DNA from: Octopus sinensis
Taxonomy: Eukaryota
Direction of reading: 5' to 3'
Assembly (NCBI RefSeq): GCF_006345805.1
Contig: NC_043002.1
Location: 16,244,001-16,308,000, forward strand
DNA: 64,000 nt
Shown here piece after piece: positions 27,944 through 42,453 of this stretch. Made by a program: the position numbers and the translations under genes. Below the pieces are notes generated by a model that did not search any database, was not told where the DNA came from, and worked only from the letters and a program-made list of their open reading frames with translations. Every line of letters starts with the position of its first letter. Positions within the stretch are counted from its first letter, which is position 1.

Positions 27944-28496
27944 GAGTGAGAGAGCAGTGCATGTCATCAAAGACACACTGGGGTAAAATATACGAAGCCC
28001 AGTATACACATCAGGACTACCCGTCTGATAAGGGTACACTTGGCACATGCATCACAACCATATGTGTGCGACATGGTCATCTCATATCAAGATAAACAGC
28101 ACATGACTTTGCCGGTGGGGTCCAGTTAGAATTTGTTACAGATTGAGTAACCCATCCCGCTCAAAAGGTCCCTGAATAAGGGTTGTTTAAGGATGTTGAA
28201 CAAAACACCTATGTTTTCAGGGGTGAATTATTCAAACCCCAAACAATCCCTCTCAACACAAGACTATGGTGCTCCCCCACGACGTCTGCTCGTGATCAGA
28301 GATGCCCATGTTTTCTGCTACTACGAGACATGCTCAACTGGTAATGGTCAAACGACTGACAAGCAATTCTTGGTATTGAGCAGAATATTTGCTGTAGCTC
28401 ATCTTTTATACCAAGACAAAATAATGTACATGATAACACTTCCAATCAGTTAAGATGAGAAGCCACGAGAGCCACTGCCTGGTAGTGCGTGAGGGC

Positions 28497-28500
<4 letters not shown>
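27944..28500. mobile_element. ~557-bp non-coding insert embedded in (TTA)n (probable interspersed repeat)
   Basis: GC-richer unique block bounded on both sides by (TTA)n, with no convincing ORF. It resembles a repeat I recall from Octopus sequence (unverified). Confidence 0.55.
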
Positions 28501-28547
<47 letters not shown>

Positions 28548-29682
28548 CGTTATTTAATGCTTAAATTGAAAATATTATTGTCTCAATAATGCAACATTGA
28601 TACCGTCGGTCTTATCGGATATTTCACGTTATAATATGTTTGAATGGATTCGAAACAGGTGACATTTTCTGATTATAAATATTTCATGCATGTTGTGAAA
28701 CAACAACCGCTATCTATGTGCATTTTCCATTTATGTTTCAAGATATTTTGATTTATATTTTTCAAAATTACCATCGATAATTTTCCGTTTATTTCTAACG
28801 TATCACGACAAAAATAACTTGCTTTGGAGTGTGTCACATTGTATATTCTCAGCAGTGTAGGTTTTAATTTATCGTGATTATTAATATATGAAACAGCAAA
28901 CTTCTTTCAAATGAATACAAACAGCTCTCTATGTGACGTTAGCTAATTACATTCTATTTCCGTTACTCTCGCCTATACATATACTACAGTGTAATCAGAA
29001 TATTTGTACGCAAAAATATAATAATTAATGTCAAATAACGGGATTACAACAGCGTACTATGTTCCCTATTGGGAGAACACTCACAAGGTATCCAGCATAG
29101 CAAAGAGAAAGCAAACAATAAATAGCAAAAATATAATTCTCTCTCAAATATCAATAACTTCGGGAGAACACATGAGGTACACTTTTAGAGGAAAAGGAAA
29201 AATTGAGAGGTGGAAAGTGACTGATGTATAGAGATAATTGTCGTGCCGTTAGTGACCCACCAACATGAACTGTAATTTTTTCTTCCTTTCCCTTTGAGAT
29301 ATAATGGGTAAATTATTTATCAGACTGCGATGAAACAGCGACGTGTTGTTTAATTCCCAATTAATAAAACCTGTATAGAAACGATTCCCGTTCTCATCGA
29401 GATAGAAGTAATATTTGTTACCGATAAGTATCCATTATATTACAGTGGTGTAAGCAAACGATATGCTGTTGAAAGAAGAAAGAATTATGCGCGTAATAAA
29501 ATAATAGAAAGGAATTCAAACGAACTCAGCTAGTAGGTGCAGTCACCCACATATCAAGGCTAAAGGCACATTCACAAACGTACATGCACTCACACATGTA
29601 TGAAGGCTATTGGCACATACACAAACATACGCCTTCAAAAGCAACATTTAGCAATACGTATAAGAGTAACGGATGATGTATA

Positions 29683-30675
29683 TATTAGGTTGGGGTGAAA
29701 ATAAGAGATTGTGGAAATTGAAAAAGGCTGAGAATGAAAATGTTGCTTTATTTGATTTCTAGAAAAATGCTAAATTCTCGCTGAGATCAATCAAGAGAAT
29801 TTGAGGGAGTCCTCAAACGCCTTAAACATCGAAAAAATGGGATTTTTGTATATTTTTTTACAGCAGCAGAGTTTGGTGTATTTGAGGGAGTAAACGTCCC
29901 TTGGCTGGTCTAAGCTATAATTTTGCATTTTTGTCGTAATAATATACAGCAATATTTTAGGTCACAGGCACTTACAATTTCCTCATTTTAAAAATTTTTT
30001 TAGTCTAGCCTAGATTACACAATCGAAATACCAGCACATACATGCATGTGCGTTATGGTGGAATGAAAAAAAATTGAGAAACTGAGATACCTAAGGCCTA
30101 GAATCTTAGTATATAGGAGCACTCCGTCGGTTACGACGACGATGGTCCCAGCTGATACGATCAAGGGAACACATTGCTCGTGAAATTAACGTGAAGTGAC
30201 TGAGCACTCCACAGACACGTGTACCCTTAACGTAGTTCTCAGGGAATTTACAGCGAGACACAGAATGTGACAAGGCTGGCCCCATGAAATGCAGGTACTA
30301 CTCACTTTTGCCAGCTGAGTGGACTGGAGCAACGTGAAATTGAGTGTCTTGCTTAGGGACACAACGCGTCGCCGGGAATCGAAATCACGACCTTACAATC
30401 ATGAGACCAATGGGCTAACCACTAAGCCACTACTTGAAAAATGCAAACTTTTGGCTTAGATCAGTCAAATGCATTTTTGTCGTCAGACACCCGAACATCC
30501 GCTATTTTTTTTAAATTTCAAAAATCCCCTATTTCGGAGTTTAAGGGACGTGATGGAGTAAATGCTCTCAATTGATCGCAGCGAAAATTTTTCTAGGAAT
30601 TAAATATAGCAACATTTTACCCCTCAGTCATTTTCAATTTCTACAATGTTTTAGTTTTACTCCTCCCTAGCGTAT
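29683..30675. mobile_element. MITE/non-autonomous DNA transposon with ~170-bp imperfect TIRs, interrupted by a SINE
   Basis: Left arm GGAAATTGAAAAAGGCTGAG...AAAATGTTGCT...TTCTAGAAAAA matches the reverse complement of right arm TTTTTCTAGGAA...AGCAACATTTT...CTCAGTCATTTTCAATTTC. TA-containing ends. Confidence 0.78.
30115..30430 (-). mobile_element. tRNA-derived SINE, family D/T, nested in the MITE
   Basis: A/B boxes on the minus strand (TAGTGGTTAG, GATTTCGATTCC). The tail is shared with 46120-46250. Confidence 0.88.
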
Positions 30676-31384
30676 ACGTAAGCAGGCAGTTAAGCATTGG
30701 TATCTATGGGAAGCAGAATAGCCTTGCATTTACGAAGATATTGTTCATCCTCAAATGATAAGTGAAACATTTCGTATCGGTAGTATTAGTCAGCTTTTAA
30801 ATTTAGTCGATTTGTAGGTGTGTGAGTGCGCACGCGCGCGTTTGTGTGTCTGCGTGCGAGTATGTATTTGTCTGCGTGTGTGTGTGTGTGTGTCTGCGTG
30901 AGTGTGTGTGTCTGCGTGAGTGTGTGTATGTACCTCTGTGTCTGTGAATTTGTGTGTGTTTCTGTGTCTAAGCGTTGCAAATATAGGCGTTGTAATTGTA
31001 TCTTCTAATTCGTTCAGTCCGCGGAATTCACTCAGGCTGTACAAGTTCAAGACGCACAAATCAAATCTAATATTTAACCTTTTAAGCCTAGAACGTATTT
31101 AATAGATATATATTGACGAACCGCTAATATACGCGGTGAACAAACCAAGGCTGGTTGTCAAGATGTGGAGAGGTCAATCACACACGCACGTACACACACA
31201 CACACACACACATACACACACACACACATTCCTATGTGCATATACGACTGACGTATTTCAGTGTCCGATATCAAGTCCACATGCGGTGGGACTGAACTCG
31301 GAGCCATGTGGTTGAGAAGCAATCTACATACCATACTGTAACGCCTTTGCTTATATAATATAAATTAAAAATAGGATGACTATC

Positions 31385-31810
31385 TGGCTGAATCTTTAGC
31401 ACGGCGGACGAAATGCTTCGCGGTATTTCGCCTGCCGTTACGTTCTAAGTTCAAATACCACTGAGGTCGACTTTGCCTTTCATCCTTTCGGGGTCGATTA
31501 AATAAGTACCAGTTACGCACTGGGGTCGATATAATCGACTTAATCCGTTTGTCTGTCCTTGTCTGTCCTGTCTGTGTTTAGCCCCTTGTGGATAGTAAAG
31601 AAATAGGTATTTCCTCTACCGTTACGTTCTAACCCCAGTTACGCACTGGGGTATGTCTTTATGTTCTGAGTTCAAACTCCACCGCGGTCGATTTTGCATT
31701 TCATCCTTTCGGAGTGTATAATTTACGTACAATTTGAGTACTGGTGTCGGTCTAAACGACTGGCCTCCACCCACAAAATTTTGGGCCTTGTGTCTAGTGT
31801 AGGAATGTAT
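31385..31810 (+). mobile_element. SINE family B followed by a partial second copy
   Basis: TTCATCCTTTCGG and CCAGTTACGCACTGGGGT each occur twice. Confidence 0.8.
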
Positions 31811-32123
31811 ATCTTATAAATTATAAGGAGAACATTTAATACTTGGTGCTTGTTTCTCATTAATTCGAGAGATACCACCAGGTTCTAGCAACATATTGTA
31901 TTCCCCATATTTTATAGAGTGGGATTTAATGATTGAAGCCACAAAAAGAAGTTCATCCGATGGTCTTCACATACTGTGAGTATGTGTGACTACGTAAAAG
32001 GGGAAAGTACTCGGTGAAGAAAAAAAGTGTGAGAGATAAAAATGGAGAGATAAAGGAGAGAGAATTATACACTCAAAGGAAAATAAAAAAAAACTAGTGT
32101 GTTTATGCATATAAGTGTGTGTT

Positions 32124-32177
<54 letters not shown>

Positions 32178-32334
32178 TGTGTGTGTGTGTGTATAAATGG
32201 GGTGAGTTGGTCATACGATTTAAACTTATTTTATTTCGTATGCGCTCGCTTGCAGGAAATTGGTTGATGTATCTGAGCACAGGTGGGTAAATATATATAT
32301 ATATATATTAACTTATGCACACACATATAGTCGG

Positions 32335-32650
32335 AGACCACCGGTCACGTATGACCATGTGATTGCTCCTAGAAAGTTACCCTCCAAGGCACAAGTCCGG
32401 GCAAGGTTCTTTATGGAAGACCAGCAGTCGCCCATGCATACCGGCCTCCCCTCTCCACGTCACCAGTGTCATCCAAGGGTAAGGCAAAGGGGCCAATACA
32501 GCTTGACACCTGATACGTCGCGACTCATTTCTTCAGCTGAGTGAACTGAAATAAGTTGTCTTGCTCAAGAACACAACACGCAACTCAGTCCGGGATTGGA
32601 ACTCACAACTTCATGGTCGTAAGATCGATGCTCTAAGCACTGAGATATGC
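32335..32650 (-). mobile_element. tRNA-derived SINE, family D
   Basis: Reverse-complement homology to 13335-13620. Confidence 0.72.
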
Positions 32651-32718
32651 ACCTTCACACACATATAAGAAGCATAAATATATATACATATATATATATT
32701 TATGGGCGCGTGTGCGTG

Positions 32719-32765
<47 letters not shown>

Positions 32766-33387
32766 CACCTATATATGTGTGTGTGTGTGCATATATGCTT
32801 ATATATGCACACAAGTATATGCTTATATACTTGTATGTATATATGTGAGTGCATATATACATGCATTGAGAGAGAGGAAATGGGAAAGAGGAAGAGAGAG
32901 AGAGAGTATGTGAGAGAAAGAAAGAAAGAAAGATTCACACTGACATACAATGACAGGAAATGAAATGAAAAATATTTCCAATTGCAGAATGGGGTACCTT
33001 GCAAGAGAACAAAGGAAGAAATGGGATAAAAACTATAGATTGTGTTTCTGAACGCATTGACTCTATTCAAAGAATAGCTTCCCAAAGCTTTTAGCATGCG
33101 TGTTGTATTTCAGTATATGTCATCATTTTAACTGCTTTTGACAATTGTTTTTCATTCTTATCCTTTTATTTGCGTAAGTTTGAAGTGTTATCACTTATTA
33201 CTCACGTAACAGAATGGTACAAATTAATTTAAGTTTATGGTGGGGATATAGGATGGCGTTACTCTAGTACAGCGGTGAATTCATTCAGTGAATACATTGT
33301 GAGGATTTTACAGAATATAGAATGATTATGTAGTCCCAAAATATTTGTCCTTATATAATTTTTTCATATAAATTTTAAAAGTTATGT

Positions 33388-33787
33388 TAGGAGTGGCTGT
33401 GTGGTAAGTAGCTTGCTTACCATCACATGGTTCCGGGTTCAGTCCCACTGCGTGAGATCTTGTTTCAGTGTGTTCTGCTATAGCCTCGGGCCGACCAATG
33501 CCTTGTGAGTGGATTTGGTTTACGGAAACTGAAAGAAGCCTATCGGATATATGTACATGTATTTATATGTGTATGTTTGTGTTTGTCTGCGTTTGTCCCC
33601 CCAACAACGCTTGACAACCGATGGTGGTGTGTTTACGTCCCCGTCACCCAGCGGTTCGGCAAAAGAGACCGATATAATAAGTACTGGGCTTACAAAGAAT
33701 AAGTCCCTGGGTAGATTTTCTCGACTAAAGCGGTGCTCCAAAATGGCCGCAGTCAAATGACTAAAACAAATAAAAGAGTAAAAGAGT
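33388..33787 (+). mobile_element. tRNA-derived SINE, family A
   Basis: Head GGAGTGGCTGTGTGGTAAGTAGC, B box GGGTTCAGTCC, tail (AAAAGAGT)n. Confidence 0.92.
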
Positions 33788-33789
33788 AT

Positions 33790-34025
33790 TATCTGTTCCT
33801 TTATTACCTACAAGGCGCTAAACACAGAGGGGACAAACAAGGACAGGCAAAAGGATTAAGTCGATTACATCGACTTCAGTGCGTAACTGGTACTTAATTT
33901 ATCGACCCTGAAAGGATGAAAGGCAAAGTAGACCTCGGCGGAATTTGAACTCAGAGCGTAACCGCAGACGTAATACGGCTACGCATTTCGTCCGGCGTGC
34001 TAACGATTCTGCCAGCTCGTCACCT
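33790..34025 (-). mobile_element. SINE family B, tail-to-tail with the family A copy
   Basis: Reverse complement of 31385-31615. Confidence 0.88.
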
Positions 34026-34577
34026 TCGTTATGTTATTATCAATGATATCATGTCTAAATCTGACGTTCGAAAAATAACGAAAAACTTTATTCATTACAC
34101 GCAATATGCTTTTAACAAATATTTTACAAAACATCAGTCGTATAAAATGCTGCTTGACACTAGCTAAATTATTTCGTCTACTAGTTTCAGTAGGTTTCAG
34201 GAGGTTTCAGTACTTATCTCAAAGTATAAATCGATGACGTATAATGCTTTTGAAAATAAATGCGTGGACATAATACCATAAAAGATAATAACTCCGTTAA
34301 TTATATTATAGTATATCATAATCTATTATACTACATATTACAGGATTTTATTTTATTTTTATTTTATTTTACGATATTTAGATTTAATTTTCTTTTATTG
34401 TAAGTAGCAAAATCTGCGGAAATTAATACAACTATAAATTATTTTACAGAAAATCTTTTTCTTTTATTTCATGTCATTTGCCGTTTATCATCATTACCAT
34501 CACCATTATCACCATCATCATCATCAGCAGCAGCAGCAGCATCTTCTTCATCATTATTATTATTATTAATATTATTA

Positions 34578-34640
<63 letters not shown>

Positions 34641-34644
<4 letters not shown>

Positions 34645-37600
34645 TAGTTTTATTTTTATAGCGTGCTTTCACTTCACTACCGAGCGCAGCTCTGTGTACC
34701 TTGGGTATGTGCTGTGATTTGTTGTGATGCTCTGATGGTTATTGTATGGAAAGTGTTCTGCGTAGGATGTGTGCAGTGCCTAGTAGTGCAATTTTCTGTA
34801 TGTTATATGTGTTTGTAAGTCCTGGTGTTTTTGTTATGTATTTGTCTGAATATTTTTTTATCATGCCTAATGCACCTACTATGATAGGAATTGTTTCTGT
34901 TTTCAGGTTCCACATTCTAGTTACCTCTATTTCCAGGTCTTTGTATTTTGAGAGTTTCTCCATTTCTCTTAGAGACACGTTGTCATCTGCCGGTATTGAT
35001 ACATCAATTAGAAAGCATTTTTTTTCTTCATGATCTCTGACAACTATATCTGGTCTGTTGGCCTTAATTTCTCTATCTGTGTCTATCGGCATTTCCCAGA
35101 GTATGGTTGCTTTCCCGTTTTCTGTGACCTTTTCTGGTGTGTGCCTATACCATCTTTTTTCTGTTGTTATTCCATAATGTTGGCATAGCTTCCAATGTAT
35201 GTCATGTCTGTGAATATATTCCTTCTTAGCCAGGACTGGGCAGCTAGAGATAATATGATTTATTGTTTCTTGTCCATCTCCACATATTCTGCAGTTACTT
35301 GTAATATTTCTTTTCATTACATGTTTTTGGTAATTTCTGGTGGGGAGGCTTTGGTCTTGTGCTGCAATTAAAAATCCCTCTGTTTCTGCTTTGAGTCCTG
35401 AGCTTCTCAACCATTGCTGGGATTTTTCTTTGTCTATTTCTTTTGCGTTTAGTTTAGTGCAGTATTTACCATGAAGAGGCTTTTCTTGCCATCGTTTTAT
35501 CATGGCTCGTTGCTGTTCTATTTTTAGTTTGGATTTCATTTGTTTTATAGCTTTTGTTGTTTCTTCATCATCTTCTTCTTCTTCTTTGTGTTTATTAGGT
35601 GGTGTGATTTCTTGTTTGTATTTGTCAGCTTCCTTAAATACTGAGAACAGCTTTTTGTTTTGCTCGTGTTTTGCTGCTATCTGGATCAGTTTTCCTTCCT
35701 TCTGAAGTAGGTATTTTTGCAGTCCTATGGTGGCTATTTTATAGTAGTTTTCCAGCTGTATAAGGCCTCTACCACCTTCTATACGTTGTATATATAGTCT
35801 TTCTATGTCAGATTTTGGGTGATGCATCCTAGATCCTGTCAGTATTTTTCTTGTTTTCCTATCTATTTTGGACAGTTCATTTCGTGTCCAGTTAAGGATA
35901 TTGTAGCTGTAACTTATAACTGGGACAGCTAAAGTGTTGATACCTATTATCTTGTTTTTAGCATTGAGCTCTGTTTTTAGTATTGATCTAACTCGTCTAT
36001 AATATTCTTTTTTTATTTTCTCTTTCATTTGTGTGTGTTGTGTCTTATCTAGTTCATGGATTCCTAAGTATTTGTAAGTTTGGCTTTGGTCTAATTCTTT
36101 TATTTCATTGGTTTTATCTAGTGTGATGTTGTTACTCTTAACGTGTTTACCTCTTTTCAGGGTTACTTTGGCGCATTTTTCTAATCCAAATTTCATATCT
36201 ATTTCTTTGGTAAATCCATGAACTGTCTTTAATAGTGTTTCCAGCTGTTTGTCATTTGCAGCGTATAGTTTTAGGTCATACATATATAAAAGGTGGCTGA
36301 TCGTTTTGCCGTAACATTTATATCCGCATCCAGTTCTATTTAGCATATCAGATAGAGGTGACAGTGCCAAGCAGAAAAGGAGTGGAGAGAGCGTGTCTCC
36401 CTGGAATATTCCTCTTCTAATGGGGATGTCTTTGGTTTTCATGAGTCCCTCTTTTGTTTGGAGGTGTAGGACTGTTTGCCATTTATTCATAGAGTGCTCT
36501 ATGAATTTTATGATTGTTGGTGCTACTTTGTTAATGGCTAGTGTTTCGAGGATCCATGTGTGGGGGATGCTATCAAACGCCTTTTTGTAGTCAATCCTGG
36601 CCATACTGAGGCCTTTCTTGTTTCTGTGGCTGTCTTCAGTTACGGCTTTATTAATCATTAGTTGATCTTTACAGCCATATGAGCCCTTGCGGCATCCTTT
36701 TTGCTCTTCTGGGAACAGTTTGTTTTCGTCCAGGTGCTTGTTCAGCCTTTGCGATATCACTGCAGTAAATGCCTTGAACATAGTAGGGAGGCAGGTTATT
36801 GGTCTGTAGTTTTCTGGTTTTGTTGTTTCATTTGATTTGGGAATTAAGATGGTTTTCCCCTTCGTGAGCCATTCAGGCATTGTCTCTGGCTCTGCTAGTA
36901 TGCTGTTAAAGTTTTCAGCCAGCTTTTTGTGCATTCCTGTTAGATATTTCAACCAGAAGTTGGGGATCTTGTCATGCCCAGGTGCCTTCCAGTTGCTTAG
37001 TTTTGCAGTGCCTGGGTGACCTCTTCAGTTGTTATGGGGGTCCAAAGTTGTTCAGATGCCGAGTTTGTTATTTTCATACTCCTTTTTTTTGGCTGTTCGT
37101 TCGCCGACCATATTTCTCTCCAGAATTCTTCCAATTCTTCTGCCGTTGGTGCTGCAGTGACTTCTATTTTATTTTTGCCCAGTTCTTGATAGAACTTTTT
37201 GGGGTCGGAGTTGAACTTTTTGTTCTGTTCAAAGAAGCGTTGGCGTTTCTCGTACCGGCGGATCCTTTGAGCTTTGGCAAGGATATCTTGCTTCAGCTTT
37301 TCTTTTATCTCTGGCAAATCTTATTCTGTGATGTTATATTTGCGGAGCATTTTTGTTCTCTTTTTGTTGCTCAGTAGCGTTGCTTGTTTGCTGATTTCAT
37401 TAAGAATCGACAGGTCTTTTCTAATTTTTTTATTTTGTTTTGGATGTTATTTATCCACAGGGTTTGTTTGGGTGGTGGTACTCCTGTTTGGGCGGGTTTG
37501 GGTGAGTATCCAGCTTCTTTTGTGGCTGCAGTGGCTGCTGCGTATATCTAGTCATTTAGTTCAGTGATATCACTTTTTTTTGTTTCAGTGGCTAGTTCAG

Positions 37601-38202
37601 TGACGGCTAGGTTTATGTTGTTTATAATTGGTGTTGTTATTGCGTTTATTTTTATTCTTGGGAGGTATGGTCGGTGGTCCATTTTGGGGTCTGTGGTTTT
37701 CAGTTCTTTGATTATTTTATTTTTTATATTATCATAATCATTAAGCTCCCCTGCGTTGTTTACATCGTGTTTGTTGGGAATGTTGCGTTTGTCTTCGTGT
37801 TTTACAGTTTCAGTGTTTATATTATTGGGCATTGTTGTGTGGCTTCTATCTACATTTTCCTGGTGTATTTTTTCTTTTAAATGTTCTATTTCTATTTCTG
37901 ATATTTTTTTGGCTTTGAGAATGTATCTTCGTACGTTAGCTAATTTATTAGGGTTCATTGCTGTATCCAAGTCTATATCTCTATTATTTTCCTGCCATAT
38001 TTTATATGTATGTGTTGTTGAATTTTCATTTTGTGGGTAGAGCATTGCTGTGAAGTATGCGTGTAAGATAGAAATGTATTCCTCACGTGTCCATTTACGT
38101 CTTTTGGGTTTAATTGCGGGATATGAGGTACAACGTCCGGCCCATTATTTTGACGGTCGTCATTTTCGTAGGGTACCGGTCCGTTTCTTTCTGTTGTCAC
38201 AT
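34641..38202 (-). mobile_element. Full-length R4/Dong-like non-LTR retrotransposon (copy A)
   Basis: Single-ORF layout: N-terminal KRRKWTREEY domain, RT, CRIC...H...C zinc knuckle, RHD, and restriction-like endonuclease (NRPDIVV...IDVSIP...EKLSKYKDL). Flanked by (TAA)n. Confidence 0.93.
34739..38200 (-). pseudogene. RT-RLE polyprotein of copy A, at least 3 frameshifts; longest piece 34739-36952 (737 aa)
   Basis: YRPITCLPT, EQKGCRKGS, IDYKKAFDSIPH, GIFQGDTLSPLLF, HLLYMYDLKL (YMDD mutated to YMYD), RPDIVV. Confidence 0.9.
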
Positions 38203-38213
38203 ATTATTATTAT

Positions 38214-38654
38214 TCAGTAGTTTTATTTTTATAGCGTGCTTTCACTTCACTACCGAGCGCAGCTCTGTGTGCCTTGGGTATGTGCTGTGATTTGTTGTGA
38301 TGCTCTGATGGTTATTGTATGGAAAGTGTTCTGCGTAGGATGTGTGCAGTGCCTAGTAGTGCAATTTTCTGTATGTTATATGTGTTTGTAAGTCCTGGTA
38401 TTTTTGTTATGTATTTGTCTGAATATTTTTTTATCATGCCTAATGCACCTACTATGATAGGAATTGTTTCTGTTTTCAGGCTCCACATTCTAGTTATCCC
38501 TATTTCCAGGTCTTTGTATTTTGAGAGTTTCTCCATTTCTTTTAGAGACACGTTGTCATCTGCCGGTATTGATACATCAATTAGAAAGCATTTTTTTCTT
38601 CATGATCTCTGACAACTATATCTGGTCTGTTGGCCTTAATTTCTCTATCTGTGT
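38214..38654 (-). mobile_element. 5'-truncated R4/Dong-like copy B (same family as A)
   Basis: Matches 34641-35080 with only about 6 substitutions in about 440 bp (counted by eye); (TAA)n on both sides. Confidence 0.95.
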
Positions 38655-38655
38655 G

Positions 38656-38710
<55 letters not shown>

Positions 38711-38735
38711 TATTATTATTATTATTATTATTATT

Positions 38736-41700
38736 CTATGTTTGACTTTTGCTTTATATTTGTACAAGTTGGCTCCAAGTCTCACCCAGAGACCTCAAGA
38801 GACAACAGGGTTGGAAGTTCATGTTGTTGTTATGCCTAGTGTGCCATATATTTGGGGGGTGGGGATGTTGTACTAATGAATGTCTAAAAAAAAAAGTTTT
38901 TTTTCTTTTTTTTTTTTTTTTTTAAACCGAGAATTATGGTTGTTTTAAACCTTGAGGTTACATAGAGAGTATTTTGCGTAGGATATGAGCAGTTCCATGA
39001 GCACTATCTTTTGAACTTCTGCCATTTTTGGGTTTCCTGGTATCTGAGTTAGGTAGCTATCAGCCCCTTTTGCTATCATTCCCAGGGCACCTATGACAAC
39101 AGGTATTGTTTTAGTCTTCAGCTTCCACATTTTGCTGATTTCTATTTCAAGATCTTTATATTTGCTCAGTTTTTGGTAGGTCCTGACAGATACGTTTATA
39201 TCGATTGGGACAGTCATATCAATGAGGAGGCATGTTCTTTGTTTGAAGTCTTTCAATATGATGTCTGGCCTATTTGCATCTATCTTCCTGTCAGTTTGAA
39301 TGGTGAAGTTCCAGAGGAGTGAGATGTGGTCATTTTCAAGCACTGGGGGTGGTTTGTGTTCCCACCAGTTTTTCTCATGGGGCAACTCCAGGTTTTTACA
39401 GATTACCCAGTGAATATATTGTGCAGCTCTATCGTGTCTGTTGAGATACTCTGTAGGCGCTAGAAGACTGCACTTGGAGACCACATGGTCAATGGTTTCA
39501 TTTTGTTGCTTGCATACACGACACGTTGGACTGCTTCTGATCTTTAATATGTTGGCCTGGTAGTTTCTTGTTGGTAGGCATTGATCTTGAGCTGCTATGA
39601 TAAACCCCTCTGTTTCAGATTTTAAGCCAGAGGCCATTAGCCATTGATGGGTCAGGGCTTTGTCGATATCTGCATTATTCGCTCTCTTTGGGTATTTGCC
39701 GTAGAGAGTTTTTTCTTGCCATTTATTATTCAGAATATCTAAGGCCGCAGTTTTGGCACGGGTTTTCATGCGCCTAGCTTTTTCTGTGCTTGTTTCTTGT
39801 ATGTCTATCTCTAATTCCGAAATTGGTTGTATTCGGAATTCACTTAGATATTCCTTTGCCTGTTTTGTTACTGAGTATGATGCTTTCTTGTTTTCATGTT
39901 TTGAGACAAGTTTTAACATCCAGTCCTCAGAGTTTTTCAGGTAGGTGTCTAGGCCAATTGTAGCAATCTTCATTGTTATTGCCAGTTGCAAAAGACCACG
40001 GCCTCCCTCTTTTCTTGGCAGATAGAGTCGTTCTGTATCTGCCTTAGGGTGGTGCATTCTATGCATTGTCAACAGTTTCCTTATTTTTCTGTCGAGCTGA
40101 CATATTTCAGTAATTGACCAGTTAACAATATTGAAACTGTAAGTCACGACTGGTATAGCTAATGCATTGATTGCTTCGATCCTGTTTCTTGCATTCAGCT
40201 CTGTCTTGAGTATTGCTCTCACTCTTCGATAGCATTCTCTCCTGATCCTTTCCTTCATCTCTGAATGCCTTATTCCGTTCCCTTCAATTACCCCTAGGTA
40301 CTTGTAGCTCTCTGCTGGGTCTAGTTCTTTTATGACATTCTGTTGGTCAAGGTTAACGTTAGATGTTTCTGTCATTTTTCCTTTGATAAAGGTAGCCTTT
40401 GCACATTTATCGAGGCCGAATTGCATTCTGATGTCGTCACTGAATTGTTTGACTATCGCTAGTAAGCCCTTGAGTTGTTGATCATTTTTTGCAAAAAGCT
40501 TTAAATCATCCATGTAAACGAGATGATTTATATTTTTATCAAACATTTTATACCCGTACTGCGCGTCATTGAGCAGCTTTGAGAGAGGTATTAAGGATAA
40601 ACAAAAGAGGAGTGGTGACAGTGAGTCACCCTGGAAAATGCCACACGAAATTTTTACATCACCAGCATTTAGGGATTCACTGTCACTGTTCAGAGTTAGT
40701 GTGGTTCTCCATGATCTCATACTTACAGTCAAGAAGTTTCGCAGAGTTGGTGCTATCTTATACATTTCAAGGCATTTCCTAATCCAGCTATGTGGTAGGC
40801 TATCAAAAGCCTTTTTATAGTCTATCCAGGCTATTGATAAGTTTTTGTGTCGTTTGTGACAATCTTCTAAGATCATCTTATTGATGAGTAGTTGGTCTTT
40901 ACAGCCGTAGGATCCACGTTTACATCCTTTCTGTTCATTAGGGATTATGCTGCTGTCTGTTAAAAAACTATAGGTATATTCCGTCAGGACAGATGTTAGA
41001 GTTTTGTACATAGTTGTTAAGCAGGTTATGGGTCTATAGTTTTTTGGTTCATTTGTTTCTTCACTTTTTGGAAGCAGGAATGTTAACCCATTAACTAGCC
41101 AAGGAGGCATCCTACTAGGGTGTTGCAGAACATCATTGTACAGTTCTGTTAGCAGTTCATGGCTCTCTGGGAAGGCATTCAGCCAGAAGTTAGGAATTTT
41201 ATCCTTTCCTGGAGACTTCCATTTGCTTGACCTCCTGAGAGCAGATCTTATATCTTCTACCTTGACACCCTCCCACTTTTGCTCTTCTAAGGGGTCCAGT
41301 TCTGTAGATATTCTGTCAATCCAGGGGGCCTTTTCGTTGTGTGTTTTTTCTTCTGCCCAGATTTTATTCCAAAATCTCTGCACTTCTTCTTTTGATGGTA
41401 CAGACCCTGCAGTAAACGCTGTTTTTCCTATCTTCCTGTAAAAATTCTTGGTGTTATTTTTGAACATGTTGTTGTCCTTGAAAAATCTAACACGCTTTTC
41501 ATACCTCGCTATGCGGTAGCTTTGGCAGATACCTTTTGTTTGATGGTTTCTATGGTGGCATCAATATCAAGTATAGTTTTCATATTGTATTTTTTCAGTA
41601 ATTTTTGGGTTTTTGTAGGTTTGGTAGTCTTGTGAGCCTTAAGGTTTTTCAAATTTTCAATGTCAGATCTAAATACTTTAATTTGTTGTTGCAGACGCTC

Positions 41701-42453
41701 TTGCCAAGAAGGCTTTTTGTGGGACTGTTGCCGTTTTCTAATCTTTACACCACATAGGATCGTTGGGATTTTCGCGGATGCATAGTATAGGTGGTTGAGG
41801 TTTGTGATATCAACATCATTAACTGAAATTATATCCTTAAGTGCAAGCCGGATTTTACCAATTATTTTCATGTTTTGGTTAGAGTTGCGGATTTTAGGAA
41901 GTGTATCACGCTCATCCATGCTGGTTTCTTTAATTTTCAGCCATTCAATCTTGATTTGATTTTTTAGCTCATGTAGTTCTGTTGGGTCAATATTTGTGTG
42001 ACTTTCTTTATCTATTTGATGCTCATCTGTCTTAGTGTTTATGATTGGTTCAGGGCGTATTTCACTTTGCCTATCACTTATACTAACTCTTTCAATCCTC
42101 TCTTCGTTTTTATCCGCCCTGGGCTGGTCTATAATCATTTCCTCTGTATTATCTTCTCTAGCTGCAGCTTCGTTCATTTTATCCGATATTGCTTGTCTAA
42201 CCTGATCAATCTCTACTTCAGTCAGTAATTTCTTTTTTATAATGTTTCTTCTAACATTGGCAAGCTTGTTACTGTCTATGTAGGGTCTTACTTCAGGGTG
42301 TTTCTGTCTCCAGTTTAAGTATGCTTGTACAGTGCTAGACTTATCTGTGGGGAAATATATGGCATGGTAGAAGGCCTCGAGAACTTCTTTATTATATTCC
42401 CTAGACCATTTTTCCTTCTTTTTCTTTTGATTATTTGGTGATGAGCATGGATG

